The notes: a model not told the origin generated them from the sequence alone. A stretch of 64,000 bases of DNA from an uncultured Nannocystis sp. (GCA_964474905.1 CAYYUP010000014.1:28030-92029), one strand, 5' to 3'; shown: positions 46,195-55,554, numbered from the stretch's first letter. Program-made: numbers and translations.

Positions 46195-46236
46195 ACCTGT
46201 GGCCCTGTGCTGCGGACCTGTGGCCTGTGCTGCCGG
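46195..46236. repeat. Imperfect 21-bp direct tandem repeat between murI and the Oar-like gene
   Basis: acctgtggccctgtgctgcgg (46195-46215) and acctgtggcctgtgctgccgg (46216-46236) differ by one deletion and one insertion. Confidence 0.75.
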
Positions 46237-46478
46237 ACACTCGCGAGTCCGGCAAACTGGGCGTGCTTTCCCTCTAGGGGCATTTTACGGCCACTCCGTG
46301 GTAGAGTTGGCCGGCGTATCGGTAGGGCTCAGGCGGCCCGAGTGCGGCCGACGCGGAGACGACGACTTTGGGAATTTTAGTTTTGCCTCTGCTCAGCACC
46401 GTACCGCCTGTGATATATCCCGTGGTCACCGATGCACTCCCGGTTCCCGGGGTCTGACGTCGCAAGGAGCCCAAAACG

Positions 46479-49400
46479 GTGAACCGCAGCCGCTCACTCC
46501 TCAAGTATTCGCTTTCCTTGCCGCTGGCTATCGCTCCGGCGCTAGTCGCAATGGCTGTCCCGAATGTCGCTCAAGCAGCGGCGGACGGAACAATCGCAGG
46601 CATGGTTACTGACCAAAAAACCCGCGAAAAGATCGAGGGTGCGGTCGTAGTGGTCCAGTGTGCTTGCCTTCAGGGCACGCGCGAGACCACGACCAACCCC
46701 GATGGTCTCTACACCTTCCGCAACTTGCCGCCGGGTGCCTACACGATCCAGGTCCTCTACGGCAAGGCTGACATCGCGAAGATCACCACGCTGCAGCGTG
46801 GCAAAAAGCTTCGCGCGAATTTCAGCATCGATCCGCAGAACACCTTCAAGCGTGAGATCGTCGTCGAGGCGGCGCCGGTTCGCTCCGACACGGCGGTCAC
46901 GACCAAGATCGACATCGAGCAGACGCGCAAGATCCCCGTCGGTGGTTCGAGTCGAGACTTCACCTCCGTGGTCGACACCTCGCCGACGGTGGACAGAGAC
47001 GCGGCCGGCCTCCGTATCGCGGGTACCAGCGGTGCCGAGTCCAAGTACGTCGTCGATGGTGCCAGCGTCACCAGTCCTGCTTTCGGTACGGTCGGTGCGA
47101 CCATCGTCCAAGAGTTCATCGAGTCGGTCGAGGTCCTAGAGTCGGGCTACGACGCGGAGTACGGCGGCGCCTCCGGTGGCATCGTCAAGGCCCGTCGGGC
47201 CGGCGGCAGCAATAAGTTCCGCGGTCAGGCGCTCCTCCGTGTGACCCCGCGTCTTGCAGCGCCACGTCTGATCAGCGCGACCGATGAGTCGCTGCGGGTC
47301 TCGTCGATCCCCGACGTCGAAGCCGAGGCCGTGTTCTTCCTCAGCGGTCCGATCATCAAGGACAAGCTCTTCTTCGGGGTCGGTGTCAACCCGGCCTTCC
47401 TCAAGAGCACGATGATCCAATCCTTCTTCCACCGCGAGGATCTCGACGATTCCGGTGGGTACTCGGATTGTCCCTACAAAAACGGTGATTTCGACTGTGT
47501 CGAAGGCGGGAACTACATCGCCTCGACCAAGTTCGCCGAGCAGCGTTTTGGCACCAACAACATTCGTTTTGGCTACAGCGCTCGCATCGACTGGGTGATC
47601 AATCCAAAGCACCGTCTCATCCTCTCCGGTGGCGGCGGTCCATCCTTTCAAAAGCGATCGTTCCGCCTGCCCCAGGGCTCCGAGCCGAGTTCCTTCGGCA
47701 CCAACCCCTCCGAAAGCCTCGGGGGTCAGTCGCGGATCGCTTCGGGCATCGTCAACGGCAAGTTCGGCACGTCGATGTCAAACGCAACCGTCGTCGGTGT
47801 TGTCTACGAGGGTCGAGTTCGCGACGACAAGCTCGAGATCGACGCCGGCGTCAACTTCTACCAGGACCGCAGGGTCGATGCCTGGCGCGTGGAAAATCCT
47901 GAGCTGATCAACATCACTCAGGTCCAAGAGTCGGACGCGCAGGGGCGCAACCTCTACGAGTTCCTCGACCGCGACAACGCGGTCCGTTTGGTCCCAGGGG
48001 TCGACGAAGCCTGCAACGGCGCCGACCTGCCCGGTCTCGCCTGTCCGACGAGGCGTTGGATCTCGGGTGGTGTCGGTAACTTCGATGACTCGAGCACTCG
48101 GCGTGTCGCCGGCAACTTCTCGCTGACTCACTACTTCAACGCAGCCGGCGCCCATGTGCTCAAATACGGCACCCTGATCGAGCACGTCGAGCGTAAGATC
48201 ACCTCGACCTACTCCGGTCAGAACTCGTCGAGCTTTTACAACAACTGTGAGCCGGGCGAGGAAGATGGCGGCGAGTATTGCTACAACCCGTCGACCGGCG
48301 AGTACCGGATCACCTCGAGCAACCGGGTCAACAACAACCGGATTGTGCTCGTAGACTCCGACAGTCCAAATAACCGCACTACGTTCGGGTACGGTCGGGT
48401 TCGGATCGAACAGGGCGATCTGCGGGCGATTGCGACGCCGCTCGGTGCCGGTATCCGGGCACAAAACTACAACTCCAAGCTCAGCACCCAGAACTACGCC
48501 CTGTTCCTTCAGGACAAATGGGCGCCGCTCTCCAATCTCTATATCAACGCCGGCGTGCGTTGGGAGATGCAGGACATGCGGGACCTCTCGGGACAGCGCC
48601 AGATCTTCCTCTGGGATAACATCGCACCCCGCGTCGGCATGGTCTACGACTGGACGGACGAGGGCAAAAGCCGCCTTTACGCGAGCTACGGATGGTTCTA
48701 CCAGCAGTTGCCGCTGCAGCTCAACAGCCGGGTCTTCGGCGGGCTCGTGACCGTTTCGCGCAGCTACCGATCCTCGGATTGCGAAGGCACCGTCAATGTG
48801 GACGGCTCGCCGCAGCCAAAGAGCGTCGAAGGCAACCCGACAGAGTACTGTCTCGACTTCAATGGCTCGACTTCGGGTCTGACCACTGGCTCGGTGGTAC
48901 CCCGCCTGCGCGGCCACTACCGCGAGCAGTTCCAGCTCGGCTACGAGCAGGAGGTCATCGAGGACCTGGTCCTGGGTGTCCAGTGGCTGCACAGCAACCT
49001 CGGGCGAGCGGTCGAGGATATCTCGACCAACGGTGGTCTCGACTTCATCATCGCCAACCCCGGCGAGGGTGTTTCACAGGCCGATCTCATGCGTCAGCAG
49101 TCGACTTGTGACGAGATCGAGGCGGATTTCAACGACGCTGCGCCCGACGACGATCAGCGTCAGGTCTATGCCCGCGAGCTCAACCGCTGCCGATTCCTCA
49201 CCGACGCCTTCGGCAAGATCGACACGCTCTTCTCGAAGCCGATCAACAACTACGACGCCTGGACCTTCCGCTTGCAAAAGCGTTTTGCGAAGAACTGGGT
49301 CGTGACCGCGAACTACACCTACAGCCGCCTCATCGGTAACTACGACGGCTTTGTCGATCGCAATACCGGTGCGATCAACATCGGTGCCAGCACCCAGTTC

Positions 49401-49952
49401 GATACTCCGGATCTGGTGCGCAACAACTACGGCCCGCTCTTCCAAAACAGGCCGCACACGGTGAAGATCGACGGATTTTACTCCTTCGACCTCAAAGAGG
49501 CCGGTCGGTTGACCCTCGGGAGCAGCTTCCGCTTCCGTTCGGGAACTCCGGTCAGCGTCCGGGCGGATACGGCTCGCTACCGAGGCGCCTACCTGATCCA
49601 GGTCCTGCCTCGCGGCGCTGGCGGCAGCGTCGATCCCCTCTACAGCTGGAACGCGAACCTTGGCTACGCCTATCCGCTCAAGGGGGACCTCGAGTTGGAG
49701 TTCACCGCTCGGGTCTTCAACCTCACGAACGCTGGCGCGACCCTCCGCGTCGACGAGGTGTACTCGCTCTCCAATGCTCGGCCGGTGGCGGGCGGCGATC
49801 TCAGCGATCTCAAGCACGTGAAGATCCAAAACCCGGGCGCGCCGACCAACTTCTTCGACCGTACGATCCTGCAGAAGCAGGGTAACTACGGGGTCGCCAC
49901 ACGCTTCCAGCAGCCAGTCAGTGGCCAGTTCGAGCTTCGCCTCCGCTTCTAG
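46479..49952 (+). CDS. Oar-like TonB-dependent outer-membrane receptor with an N-terminal carboxypeptidase-regulatory-like domain
   Basis: A signal peptide (…VPNVAQAAAD) and a CarboxypepD_reg-like module (GTIAGMVTD...GAVVVV...TNPDGLYTFRNLPPGAYTIQV). A plug-like region follows (...YVVDGASVT...). The long beta-barrel ends in the OMP signature ...FELRLRF. GTG start. Confidence 0.85.
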   Translation: MNRSRSLLKYSLSLPLAIAPALVAMAVPNVAQAAADGTIAGMVTDQKTREKIEGAVVVVQCACLQGTRETTTNPDGLYTFRNLPPGAYTIQVLYGKADIAKITTLQRGKKLRANFSIDPQNTFKREIVVEAAPVRSDTAVTTKIDIEQTRKIPVGGSSRDFTSVVDTSPTVDRDAAGLRIAGTSGAESKYVVDGASVTSPAFGTVGATIVQEFIESVEVLESGYDAEYGGASGGIVKARRAGGSNKFRGQALLRVTPRLAAPRLISATDESLRVSSIPDVEAEAVFFLSGPIIKDKLFFGVGVNPAFLKSTMIQSFFHREDLDDSGGYSDCPYKNGDFDCVEGGNYIASTKFAEQRFGTNNIRFGYSARIDWVINPKHRLILSGGGGPSFQKRSFRLPQGSEPSSFGTNPSESLGGQSRIASGIVNGKFGTSMSNATVVGVVYEGRVRDDKLEIDAGVNFYQDRRVDAWRVENPELINITQVQESDAQGRNLYEFLDRDNAVRLVPGVDEACNGADLPGLACPTRRWISGGVGNFDDSSTRRVAGNFSLTHYFNAAGAHVLKYGTLIEHVERKITSTYSGQNSSSFYNNCEPGEEDGGEYCYNPSTGEYRITSSNRVNNNRIVLVDSDSPNNRTTFGYGRVRIEQGDLRAIATPLGAGIRAQNYNSKLSTQNYALFLQDKWAPLSNLYINAGVRWEMQDMRDLSGQRQIFLWDNIAPRVGMVYDWTDEGKSRLYASYGWFYQQLPLQLNSRVFGGLVTVSRSYRSSDCEGTVNVDGSPQPKSVEGNPTEYCLDFNGSTSGLTTGSVVPRLRGHYREQFQLGYEQEVIEDLVLGVQWLHSNLGRAVEDISTNGGLDFIIANPGEGVSQADLMRQQSTCDEIEADFNDAAPDDDQRQVYARELNRCRFLTDAFGKIDTLFSKPINNYDAWTFRLQKRFAKNWVVTANYTYSRLIGNYDGFVDRNTGAINIGASTQFDTPDLVRNNYGPLFQNRPHTVKIDGFYSFDLKEAGRLTLGSSFRFRSGTPVSVRADTARYRGAYLIQVLPRGAGGSVDPLYSWNANLGYAYPLKGDLELEFTARVFNLTNAGATLRVDEVYSLSNARPVAGGDLSDLKHVKIQNPGAPTNFFDRTILQKQGNYGVATRFQQPVSGQFELRLRF

Positions 49953-49984
49953 AGCCGACCAAGAGGCCATCACGATGCGAACGT

Positions 49985-50004
49985 AGGGGTCCTTCGGGGC
50001 CCCT
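49985..50004 (+). terminator. GC-rich hairpin with a UUCG tetraloop after the Oar-like gene (terminator-like, no clean U-tract)
   Basis: aggggtcc-ttcg-gggcccct forms an 8-bp stem including one G-U pair. It lies 33 nt after the stop. Confidence 0.35.
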
Positions 50005-50094
50005 TCGTAGTGGTTGCAGAAGGTTTGTTTTGTAGGAGTTGGAGCCGGTGCGCGTCTTTGCACAGGCCGCGACCTGTGGTGTAGTGCGGGAGCT

Positions 50095-51294
50095 TTGTCT
50101 ACGCGCATTTGGATCACCTCTGTCCTTCTCTCCACGCTCGCGGTCGGCTGCGGAGATGACGACGTCGGTATCACGGCTTCGGGCTCCTCCGGCGATGCCT
50201 CGACGGGGGATAGTTCGTCGACAAGTACGAGCAGCGGCAGCGAGGGCGATTCGCTGAGCGTGACGAGCATGGACAGCAGCGGAGGGCATACGGAGGCCAG
50301 TACGAGCACTGGGGACCCGACGACAACAGGCTCGACCGGTGATACCGACGATACCAGCGGGACTGAGCTTGTCTTCTGCGGTCAGGAGCCGCCGCCGGGT
50401 GCACAGGAGGCCCCGCCGGTGCCGAGGTTCGGCGGCATCTGTCCGACGATTGAGCTTGGTTTCCTCGAGGGCGAGGAGGTGGCACCCAACGAGATCGCGA
50501 CTGCCGGTGGGCCCCGGCGTTTTGCTGTCGTCGCACCCGAGGAGATCGGCGAGGGCGAGCAGCTCCCGGTGATCTTTATGTGGCATTGGCTCGGCGGCAC
50601 GGCCTTTGATTTTTACCAGCGCAGCGAGGTCGAGAGCGCGGTCGAAGAGCTCCGCTTCATCGCCGTGATCCCAGAGTCCAAGGACGATGTGCTGTTTAAA
50701 TGGCCCTTCACCTCGCTCGACAGTCAGGCGCGGCTAGAGGAGGAGTTTGCCTTCTTTGACGACATGCTCGGTTGTGTCGATGAACTCTTCCCGATCGACG
50801 TCAACTGCGTTTCGAGCACAGGCGTCTCTGCGGGGGCGCTATTTACCGGCCAACTCGCGGGCGGGCGTGGCCAGCATCTGTCGGCGATCATGTCGCTCTC
50901 CGGCGGTGTTGGTGGTGTTGTGAAGCCGTGGAAAACATCAGAGCACACGATGCCGGCGATGGTGCTTTGGGGCGGACCTGATGATTTTTGTGTCGCGGTA
51001 GATTTTGATCAGGCCTCGCAGGCGCTGGAGGAGGGGCTGGTTAAGGACGGTCATTTCGTTCTCGAGTGCGTGCATAACTGCCAGCATTCGACACCGCCCT
51101 TTGATGTGCCGATGGAACTCCCAACATTTGCGCCGCTGTGGATGTTTGCCCTTGATCACCCCTATTGGCTAGAGGACGGGACTTCGCCCTACGCCACTGC
51201 GGGCGCTCTGCCCTCTGGGTACCCCGAGTGGTGTGCGATCGGTGCTGGCAACTCTGAGATCCGCGTGGGTGAGTGCGGTCCGAACGAGTGTTGA
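50095..51294 (+). CDS. Lipoprotein, alpha/beta-hydrolase (esterase)-like
   Basis: A TTG start at 50095 gives MSTRIWITSVLLSTLAVGC (lipobox). A Ser/Thr/Asp/Gly-rich linker follows. The catalytic-looking elements are VIFMWHWLGG, the nucleophile elbow STGVSAGA, and VLWGGPDD plus His. The ORF extends upstream to 50014. Confidence 0.55.
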   Translation: MSTRIWITSVLLSTLAVGCGDDDVGITASGSSGDASTGDSSSTSTSSGSEGDSLSVTSMDSSGGHTEASTSTGDPTTTGSTGDTDDTSGTELVFCGQEPPPGAQEAPPVPRFGGICPTIELGFLEGEEVAPNEIATAGGPRRFAVVAPEEIGEGEQLPVIFMWHWLGGTAFDFYQRSEVESAVEELRFIAVIPESKDDVLFKWPFTSLDSQARLEEEFAFFDDMLGCVDELFPIDVNCVSSTGVSAGALFTGQLAGGRGQHLSAIMSLSGGVGGVVKPWKTSEHTMPAMVLWGGPDDFCVAVDFDQASQALEEGLVKDGHFVLECVHNCQHSTPPFDVPMELPTFAPLWMFALDHPYWLEDGTSPYATAGALPSGYPEWCAIGAGNSEIRVGECGPNEC

Positions 51295-51307
51295 TAGGGC
51301 GCAGGGA

Positions 51308-52699
51308 TCAGGTGCGAGCCCGCAGAGCCCGGCGGAGGATCCACGGCTGGAGGAGTGCGCTCGTCGGTCGGATCATGTGGAGGACCTCCATCAAGCGCAG
51401 GTGAAGCTTCGGGTCATGGGTCGCGGCGGACATCACTCGATCGACGACACCGTGGAGGAGGCGGAGGCCCGGAGGTGCTCGGCCAGTAGTCTCTGGCCAC
51501 CGCAAATCGTCGCCGGTGGCGGTCGTAAAGGGGCTCTTGAGCGCGGCCTTGAGGCGGCGCTGGAAGAGCTTTGGCAGGCGCTTCGCAGAGGGACCCTCGG
51601 CGAGCAGTGAGTCTAGGATCGATGTGGAAATCGAGGCGAGGGTCATGCCCTGGCCGTAGACGGGGTTGAGGGTGCAGCAGGCGTCGCCCAGGATGATGAA
51701 TCCGGCGGGCCAGCGACGCAGCTTGTCGAAGTGACGGAGGCGATTTTCGGTTCGTCGGTAGCCGTGGATTTTGCTGAGCGGCTCGGCTTTCTTGAGCTGC
51801 TCGTAGATCGCCGGCTTTGCCAGGTCGCGGGCAAACTCGAGGAAACCCGCCTCGTCGGTCGGCGGAAAGCAGCCGTTGTAACCCACGAGCGTGACGACCC
51901 AACGATCGTCCTCGATCTCGTAGATGACCCCGCTTTGCGGTGATGCTGGGGCGCGGTTCATCACGTAGAGGATCTTCCAGTCGACATCTGGACGTCGGCG
52001 ATAGATCCGGCTGGCGTAGCCGAGTCGGGCGTCGATCACTGTCTCCTTGGCGGTCCCGCAGCCGAGCTCTGTGAGCCACGTTGACGACTTGGAGCTGCGG
52101 CCGCTGGTATCGACGACGAGGTCTGCCCGCAGATCCTCCTCGCGGAGTTGAGTTGCGTCGTTCTGTCGATGCGCGTGGGCGACGACGCCGTGTACGGTTG
52201 CTTGACCACCGCTCGCGCTGCTCTGAAGGCCGGTGACCTCGTAACCGGAGAGGAGGCGGACCTGGGGGGTTTTCGCGAGAAGCTCAGCGCGCACGGCGTG
52301 CTCGAGCAGAGCTCGGCTGCAGAGCCGCGAGTGCAGAGGTGACGGGACCCGCGGGGCGCGACCGAAGGGGGTCTCCCAGATCACATCGCCGATCCAGTCG
52401 ACCGGCTTGGCGCCCGCGGCCAGGAGGCGCGCGTCGAGGCCGGGGAAAAGGTCGTCGAGGAGGCGCCATCCCCGGGTCAGGAGTACGTGCACGTGGTGGC
52501 CCTGGGGCACACCGGGGCGGACAGTGGCCTCTGTGGGGGTGGGGTCGCGGTCGATGATCGTGACTCGCGAGTAGTGGCGGGCGAGCACCGCCGCGCAGGA
52601 GAGGCCGGCCATACCGCCGCCAATGATGATCGCGTGCTCTTGTCCACGGTTTTGGCGCATATGAAAAGCTTGCGGGAGCAGGCTCTGCGGAGTCAGCAC
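51308..52699 (-). CDS. FAD-dependent oxidoreductase / monooxygenase
   Basis: An N-terminal dinucleotide-binding motif, HAIIIGGGMAGLSCAAVLAR...VTIIDRD, and later DLVVDTSGRSS and GDACCTLNPVYGQGM (the GD motif of flavin monooxygenases). Confidence 0.75.
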   Translation of the reverse strand: MLTPQSLLPQAFHMRQNRGQEHAIIIGGGMAGLSCAAVLARHYSRVTIIDRDPTPTEATVRPGVPQGHHVHVLLTRGWRLLDDLFPGLDARLLAAGAKPVDWIGDVIWETPFGRAPRVPSPLHSRLCSRALLEHAVRAELLAKTPQVRLLSGYEVTGLQSSASGGQATVHGVVAHAHRQNDATQLREEDLRADLVVDTSGRSSKSSTWLTELGCGTAKETVIDARLGYASRIYRRRPDVDWKILYVMNRAPASPQSGVIYEIEDDRWVVTLVGYNGCFPPTDEAGFLEFARDLAKPAIYEQLKKAEPLSKIHGYRRTENRLRHFDKLRRWPAGFIILGDACCTLNPVYGQGMTLASISTSILDSLLAEGPSAKRLPKLFQRRLKAALKSPFTTATGDDLRWPETTGRAPPGLRLLHGVVDRVMSAATHDPKLHLRLMEVLHMIRPTSALLQPWILRRALRART

Positions 52700-52812
52700 C
52701 CAAACGCGGTCGTGGACGCGGGAAACATCACTTTTTTACGGCTGTCGCGGGTTGGAGCGGCGAGTGGGGTGCTTCCTGCTATGCTTCCGACAGTCTACGC
52801 GGGGATCGGTCC

Positions 52813-53391
52813 ATGTCGTACCTTCGAATTGTCGCATCCATAGCTCTGGTATCTTCTGCATTTGTGTTCGGCTGTCGGCCCTCCGAGGTCACCCCGGATC
52901 CAAACGCATCGCACCCGCTTCGAGCCTCTGCCGAGGTCTATACCCTCGTCAATCTGCATCCCGACGACGAAGAACTCTCGTCGGTGAACTACCTCGACGG
53001 GGATGAGCTGCTCCCGCTCTGTACGCCGATCCGCGTCACGTTTCTCAACACCGAGGGACTCACCTTCACCGCGCTCAACACCGGTAAAGAGTACGAGTAC
53101 GAGTTCCACGACTCACTCAAAGAGAGCCCGGCGGAGCACGTCGCCAAGTTCTTTGGGACCTCCTGCAACGCCGCTGTTGTCTCGAGCTTTGGCTCGGTCG
53201 ATCAGCAGGGCATCCGCGAGGGCAAGGTGCTCGAGGGCATGTCCAAGCAGGCGGTGATCCTCGCGGTCGGCTATCCCCCAGAGCATCAGACCCCGAGTCT
53301 CGACGCCGACACGTGGCGCTATTGGGAGGGCACGTTCGACACTGTCGAGGTGATCTTCAAGGGCGGGCGCGTAGCAGAGATCGACGACTAG
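52813..53391 (+). CDS. Lipoprotein with a BamE/SmpA-OmlA-like C-terminal region
   Basis: The lipobox is SSAFVFGC. The C-terminal IREGKVLEGMSKQAVILAVGYPPE...WRYWEG resembles the SmpA/OmlA fold motif. Confidence 0.55.
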   Translation: MSYLRIVASIALVSSAFVFGCRPSEVTPDPNASHPLRASAEVYTLVNLHPDDEELSSVNYLDGDELLPLCTPIRVTFLNTEGLTFTALNTGKEYEYEFHDSLKESPAEHVAKFFGTSCNAAVVSSFGSVDQQGIREGKVLEGMSKQAVILAVGYPPEHQTPSLDADTWRYWEGTFDTVEVIFKGGRVAEIDD

Positions 53392-53504
53392 AGGGGCCCA
53401 GAGGCAGGGCAGTACGGTTTTCCGGACTCGAGGCTCGTGACGGGGTAGGCGACTCGTGAGGCCTTGTTGGCGGGGCGCTTTGGCTGGCCGCCGAGTTCTC
53501 TTGG

Positions 53505-53966
53505 TTAGCGGATGACGAGGCGTCGGAGATCGCGTACTGACAGCGCTCGATCGGATGTCAGGAGGCGGAGCGGGCCCTTGTGATCGGGTAGCTCGTCGCC
53601 GTCGATCGCGAAGACGATCAAGGTGTCGGGCGAACGAGCTGTCGCCGGATCGAGTTCGGCACGATAGCCATCGGCGCCGATGGCCTCGATTGCGGTGATG
53701 CTTGAGGTCTCGATCTTGAGATCGTCGAGAAGAGCGGAGAGTGGAACGCCCTCTTGGGTGTGCCCCTGCTCGCTCACGGTCACAGCCTCGAGGTCGCGGA
53801 GGTGGTCGAGGGTGGTCTCGGCGAGGCGCTCGTTGCCGCGGACGATCTCTAGGTGCTCCGCATCGATCCTGTCGACCGTCTTGAGACTAGGAGCGCCACA
53901 GGCAGGCAGGGCGGGGCTCAGGAGGAGAGCAGAGGCGACGGCGAGGCGAGGGAGGAGCGGGCTCAC
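53505..53966 (-). CDS. Small lipoprotein resembling a molybdopterin-oxidoreductase-type substrate domain (weak call)
   Basis: The lipobox is PALPAC. GVPLSALLDDL...AIGADGYRAEL...LIVFAIDGDELPDHKGPLRLL resembles Oxidored_molyb-like domains, but it is much shorter than a full enzyme. Confidence 0.45.
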   Translation of the reverse strand: MSPLLPRLAVASALLLSPALPACGAPSLKTVDRIDAEHLEIVRGNERLAETTLDHLRDLEAVTVSEQGHTQEGVPLSALLDDLKIETSSITAIEAIGADGYRAELDPATARSPDTLIVFAIDGDELPDHKGPLRLLTSDRALSVRDLRRLVIR

Positions 53967-54089
53967 CCGTCGGAACCTAGCAGCCTGTGATGGAGGCCGT
54001 CACCTCGCATCGTGCTCGCGAGTCTTGGCGTTGTGTCGCCCCGTGACGGCGAGTGCAGCCTTGAAGCGGGCAGAGGGCCCAGAGGGAGC

Positions 54090-54467
54090 CTAATACTCGC
54101 GGACGAGGCCTGTGCAGTCAGCCGTGACCTTGAGCTTTTGCTTGCCTTGGATCGGCTGGTAGAGAGCGATCGCCTGTTCGCTGGGGTCTAAGAGCCAGAC
54201 TGCTTCGTTTGTGCCAGCGAAGGAGTCGCGGCTCAGCTTGAAGAGGAGGACCTTGTGGCCTGCGCTCTGGGAGGTGCCGACGTGCAGGGTGACATCGTCG
54301 GTGCAGGCGTTGAAGATCGAGACGTGAAACTCGTTGACCGTTGTCGGCTCGGGGGTGAGGGACTCGCCTGGGCTCTTGGAGTCGCAGGCGAGGGTGGCGG
54401 TTAGCATTAGCCAGACTGCGATCTTTTGCGTCATCGCGGTGATCGTAGCAGGCCGCAGGATCGACAT
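54090..54467 (-). CDS. Hypothetical lipoprotein
   Basis: MTQKIAVWLMLTATLAC gives a lipobox if the ATG at 54434 is used. The upstream ATG at 54467 overlaps the preceding stop by 1 nt (TAATG). Confidence 0.5.
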   Translation of the reverse strand: MSILRPATITAMTQKIAVWLMLTATLACDSKSPGESLTPEPTTVNEFHVSIFNACTDDVTLHVGTSQSAGHKVLLFKLSRDSFAGTNEAVWLLDPSEQAIALYQPIQGKQKLKVTADCTGLVREY

Positions 54468-54961
54468 TAGCCGTGCACGATCTCGGCGATACGATCGATC
54501 GCGTCGGCGTAGGCGAAGAGGGCAGCGTCGGCAGCGAGCGAGGGGTTGAACTGGTTGACGTCGAGGCTCAGGGTCTCGCTGGGCAGGCCTGCGACCTTGC
54601 GGAATCCAGAGCAGGGCGCCAGCTCGGGCGAGCGCAGCTCAAAGACGTCGCCGCGGGAGACGTAGTAGGTCGCGTCGGCGCTGGCGTAGAAACCGTCCTC
54701 GGGGATGATGACCGGGGTGGTGTTTGACACGACCAGGGCGGCGAGCTCGCTCAACGTGGCGTCGGCGAGAGAGACCGCGCCGGCTGCGTTGGCGCGGGCC
54801 AAAACGCGGCCGCTGGGATCACAGAGCACAGCAGAGGAGCGCTCACGCACCGCTCGACTCTGGAGATTGCGAAGGAAGAGGGCCTGATCGACACAGGACC
54901 GCTCGTACTTGGCAAAGTCGCCGATTGCTAATTGAACCTGGGTGGCGCCACTCGAAAGCAT
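54467..54961 (-). CDS. Hypothetical protein
   Basis: A 164-aa ORF of normal composition, co-directional and overlapping with the downstream lipoprotein gene. I recognise no motif. Confidence 0.45.
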   Translation of the reverse strand: MLSSGATQVQLAIGDFAKYERSCVDQALFLRNLQSRAVRERSSAVLCDPSGRVLARANAAGAVSLADATLSELAALVVSNTTPVIIPEDGFYASADATYYVSRGDVFELRSPELAPCSGFRKVAGLPSETLSLDVNQFNPSLAADAALFAYADAIDRIAEIVHG

Positions 54962-55489
54962 GGCCTTGGATTAGTCGCTCGATCGGTGACCTGTCCAGAC
55001 CCGTAAAGTGGCGAATTTCAGCTCTAAATGGCGGTTTCGCTCGAATCTGGCGCGACATCGAGAGATGAAAAAACACGTCTAGCAAACTCTGTAATTCAGC
55101 CGACACTGCTATCACATGCGCGAGATCTCTGGTCGTATGAGCGCGTGTGTAACTGATAGGGCGATATAGGTCGGCGGCGCGCACGGCCGCGCGCCACCGT
55201 GCATTTGCGCTCGATTGGGTCGAGAGCGCAACTCATGTAGTTACATCTTGATGAACTTAAGGACATGTTTTCCTATGACTATGTCTTAAGAGATAGGTCA
55301 CCAGACCGCGATGGTGTATCGATTTTATATACCGCCCCCGTGATCCCGAGGAGACAACGCGGTTGCAAGCGGTTGCAGGCGGTCGGCCCGGAGCGTGTCT
55401 GCCGCGGTGATGCGGTCGAGCTCGGGGGTTTTCGCGGCGGACGCAGGCTGCGCTTCGTCGTGCCCGCGAGTTTGAGCAGTCTTGGCGGA

Positions 55490-55530
55490 TTGAGAACAAA
55501 AGAGGGCGACGAGCCGATGCTCGTCGCCCT
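55490..55530 (-). terminator. Rho-independent terminator of the NfeD-flotillin operon (potentially bidirectional)
   Basis: A perfect 11-bp stem, agggcgacgag (55503-55513) pairing with ctcgtcgccct (55520-55530). On the minus strand it is followed by TCTTTTGTTCTC. It lies 25 nt after the flotillin stop. On the plus strand it is followed by TGTTTG. Confidence 0.65.
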
Positions 55531-55554
55531 TGTTTGCGAGTCGTCTGGTCTTGT

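Noticed and set aside
47778-50309. Minus-strand ORFs of 404 and 411 aa opposite the Oar-like receptor gene and the following spacer
   Set aside because: The sequences are antisense and low in complexity. The plus-strand product has a signal peptide, a CarboxypepD_reg-like domain and an OMP C-terminal Phe.
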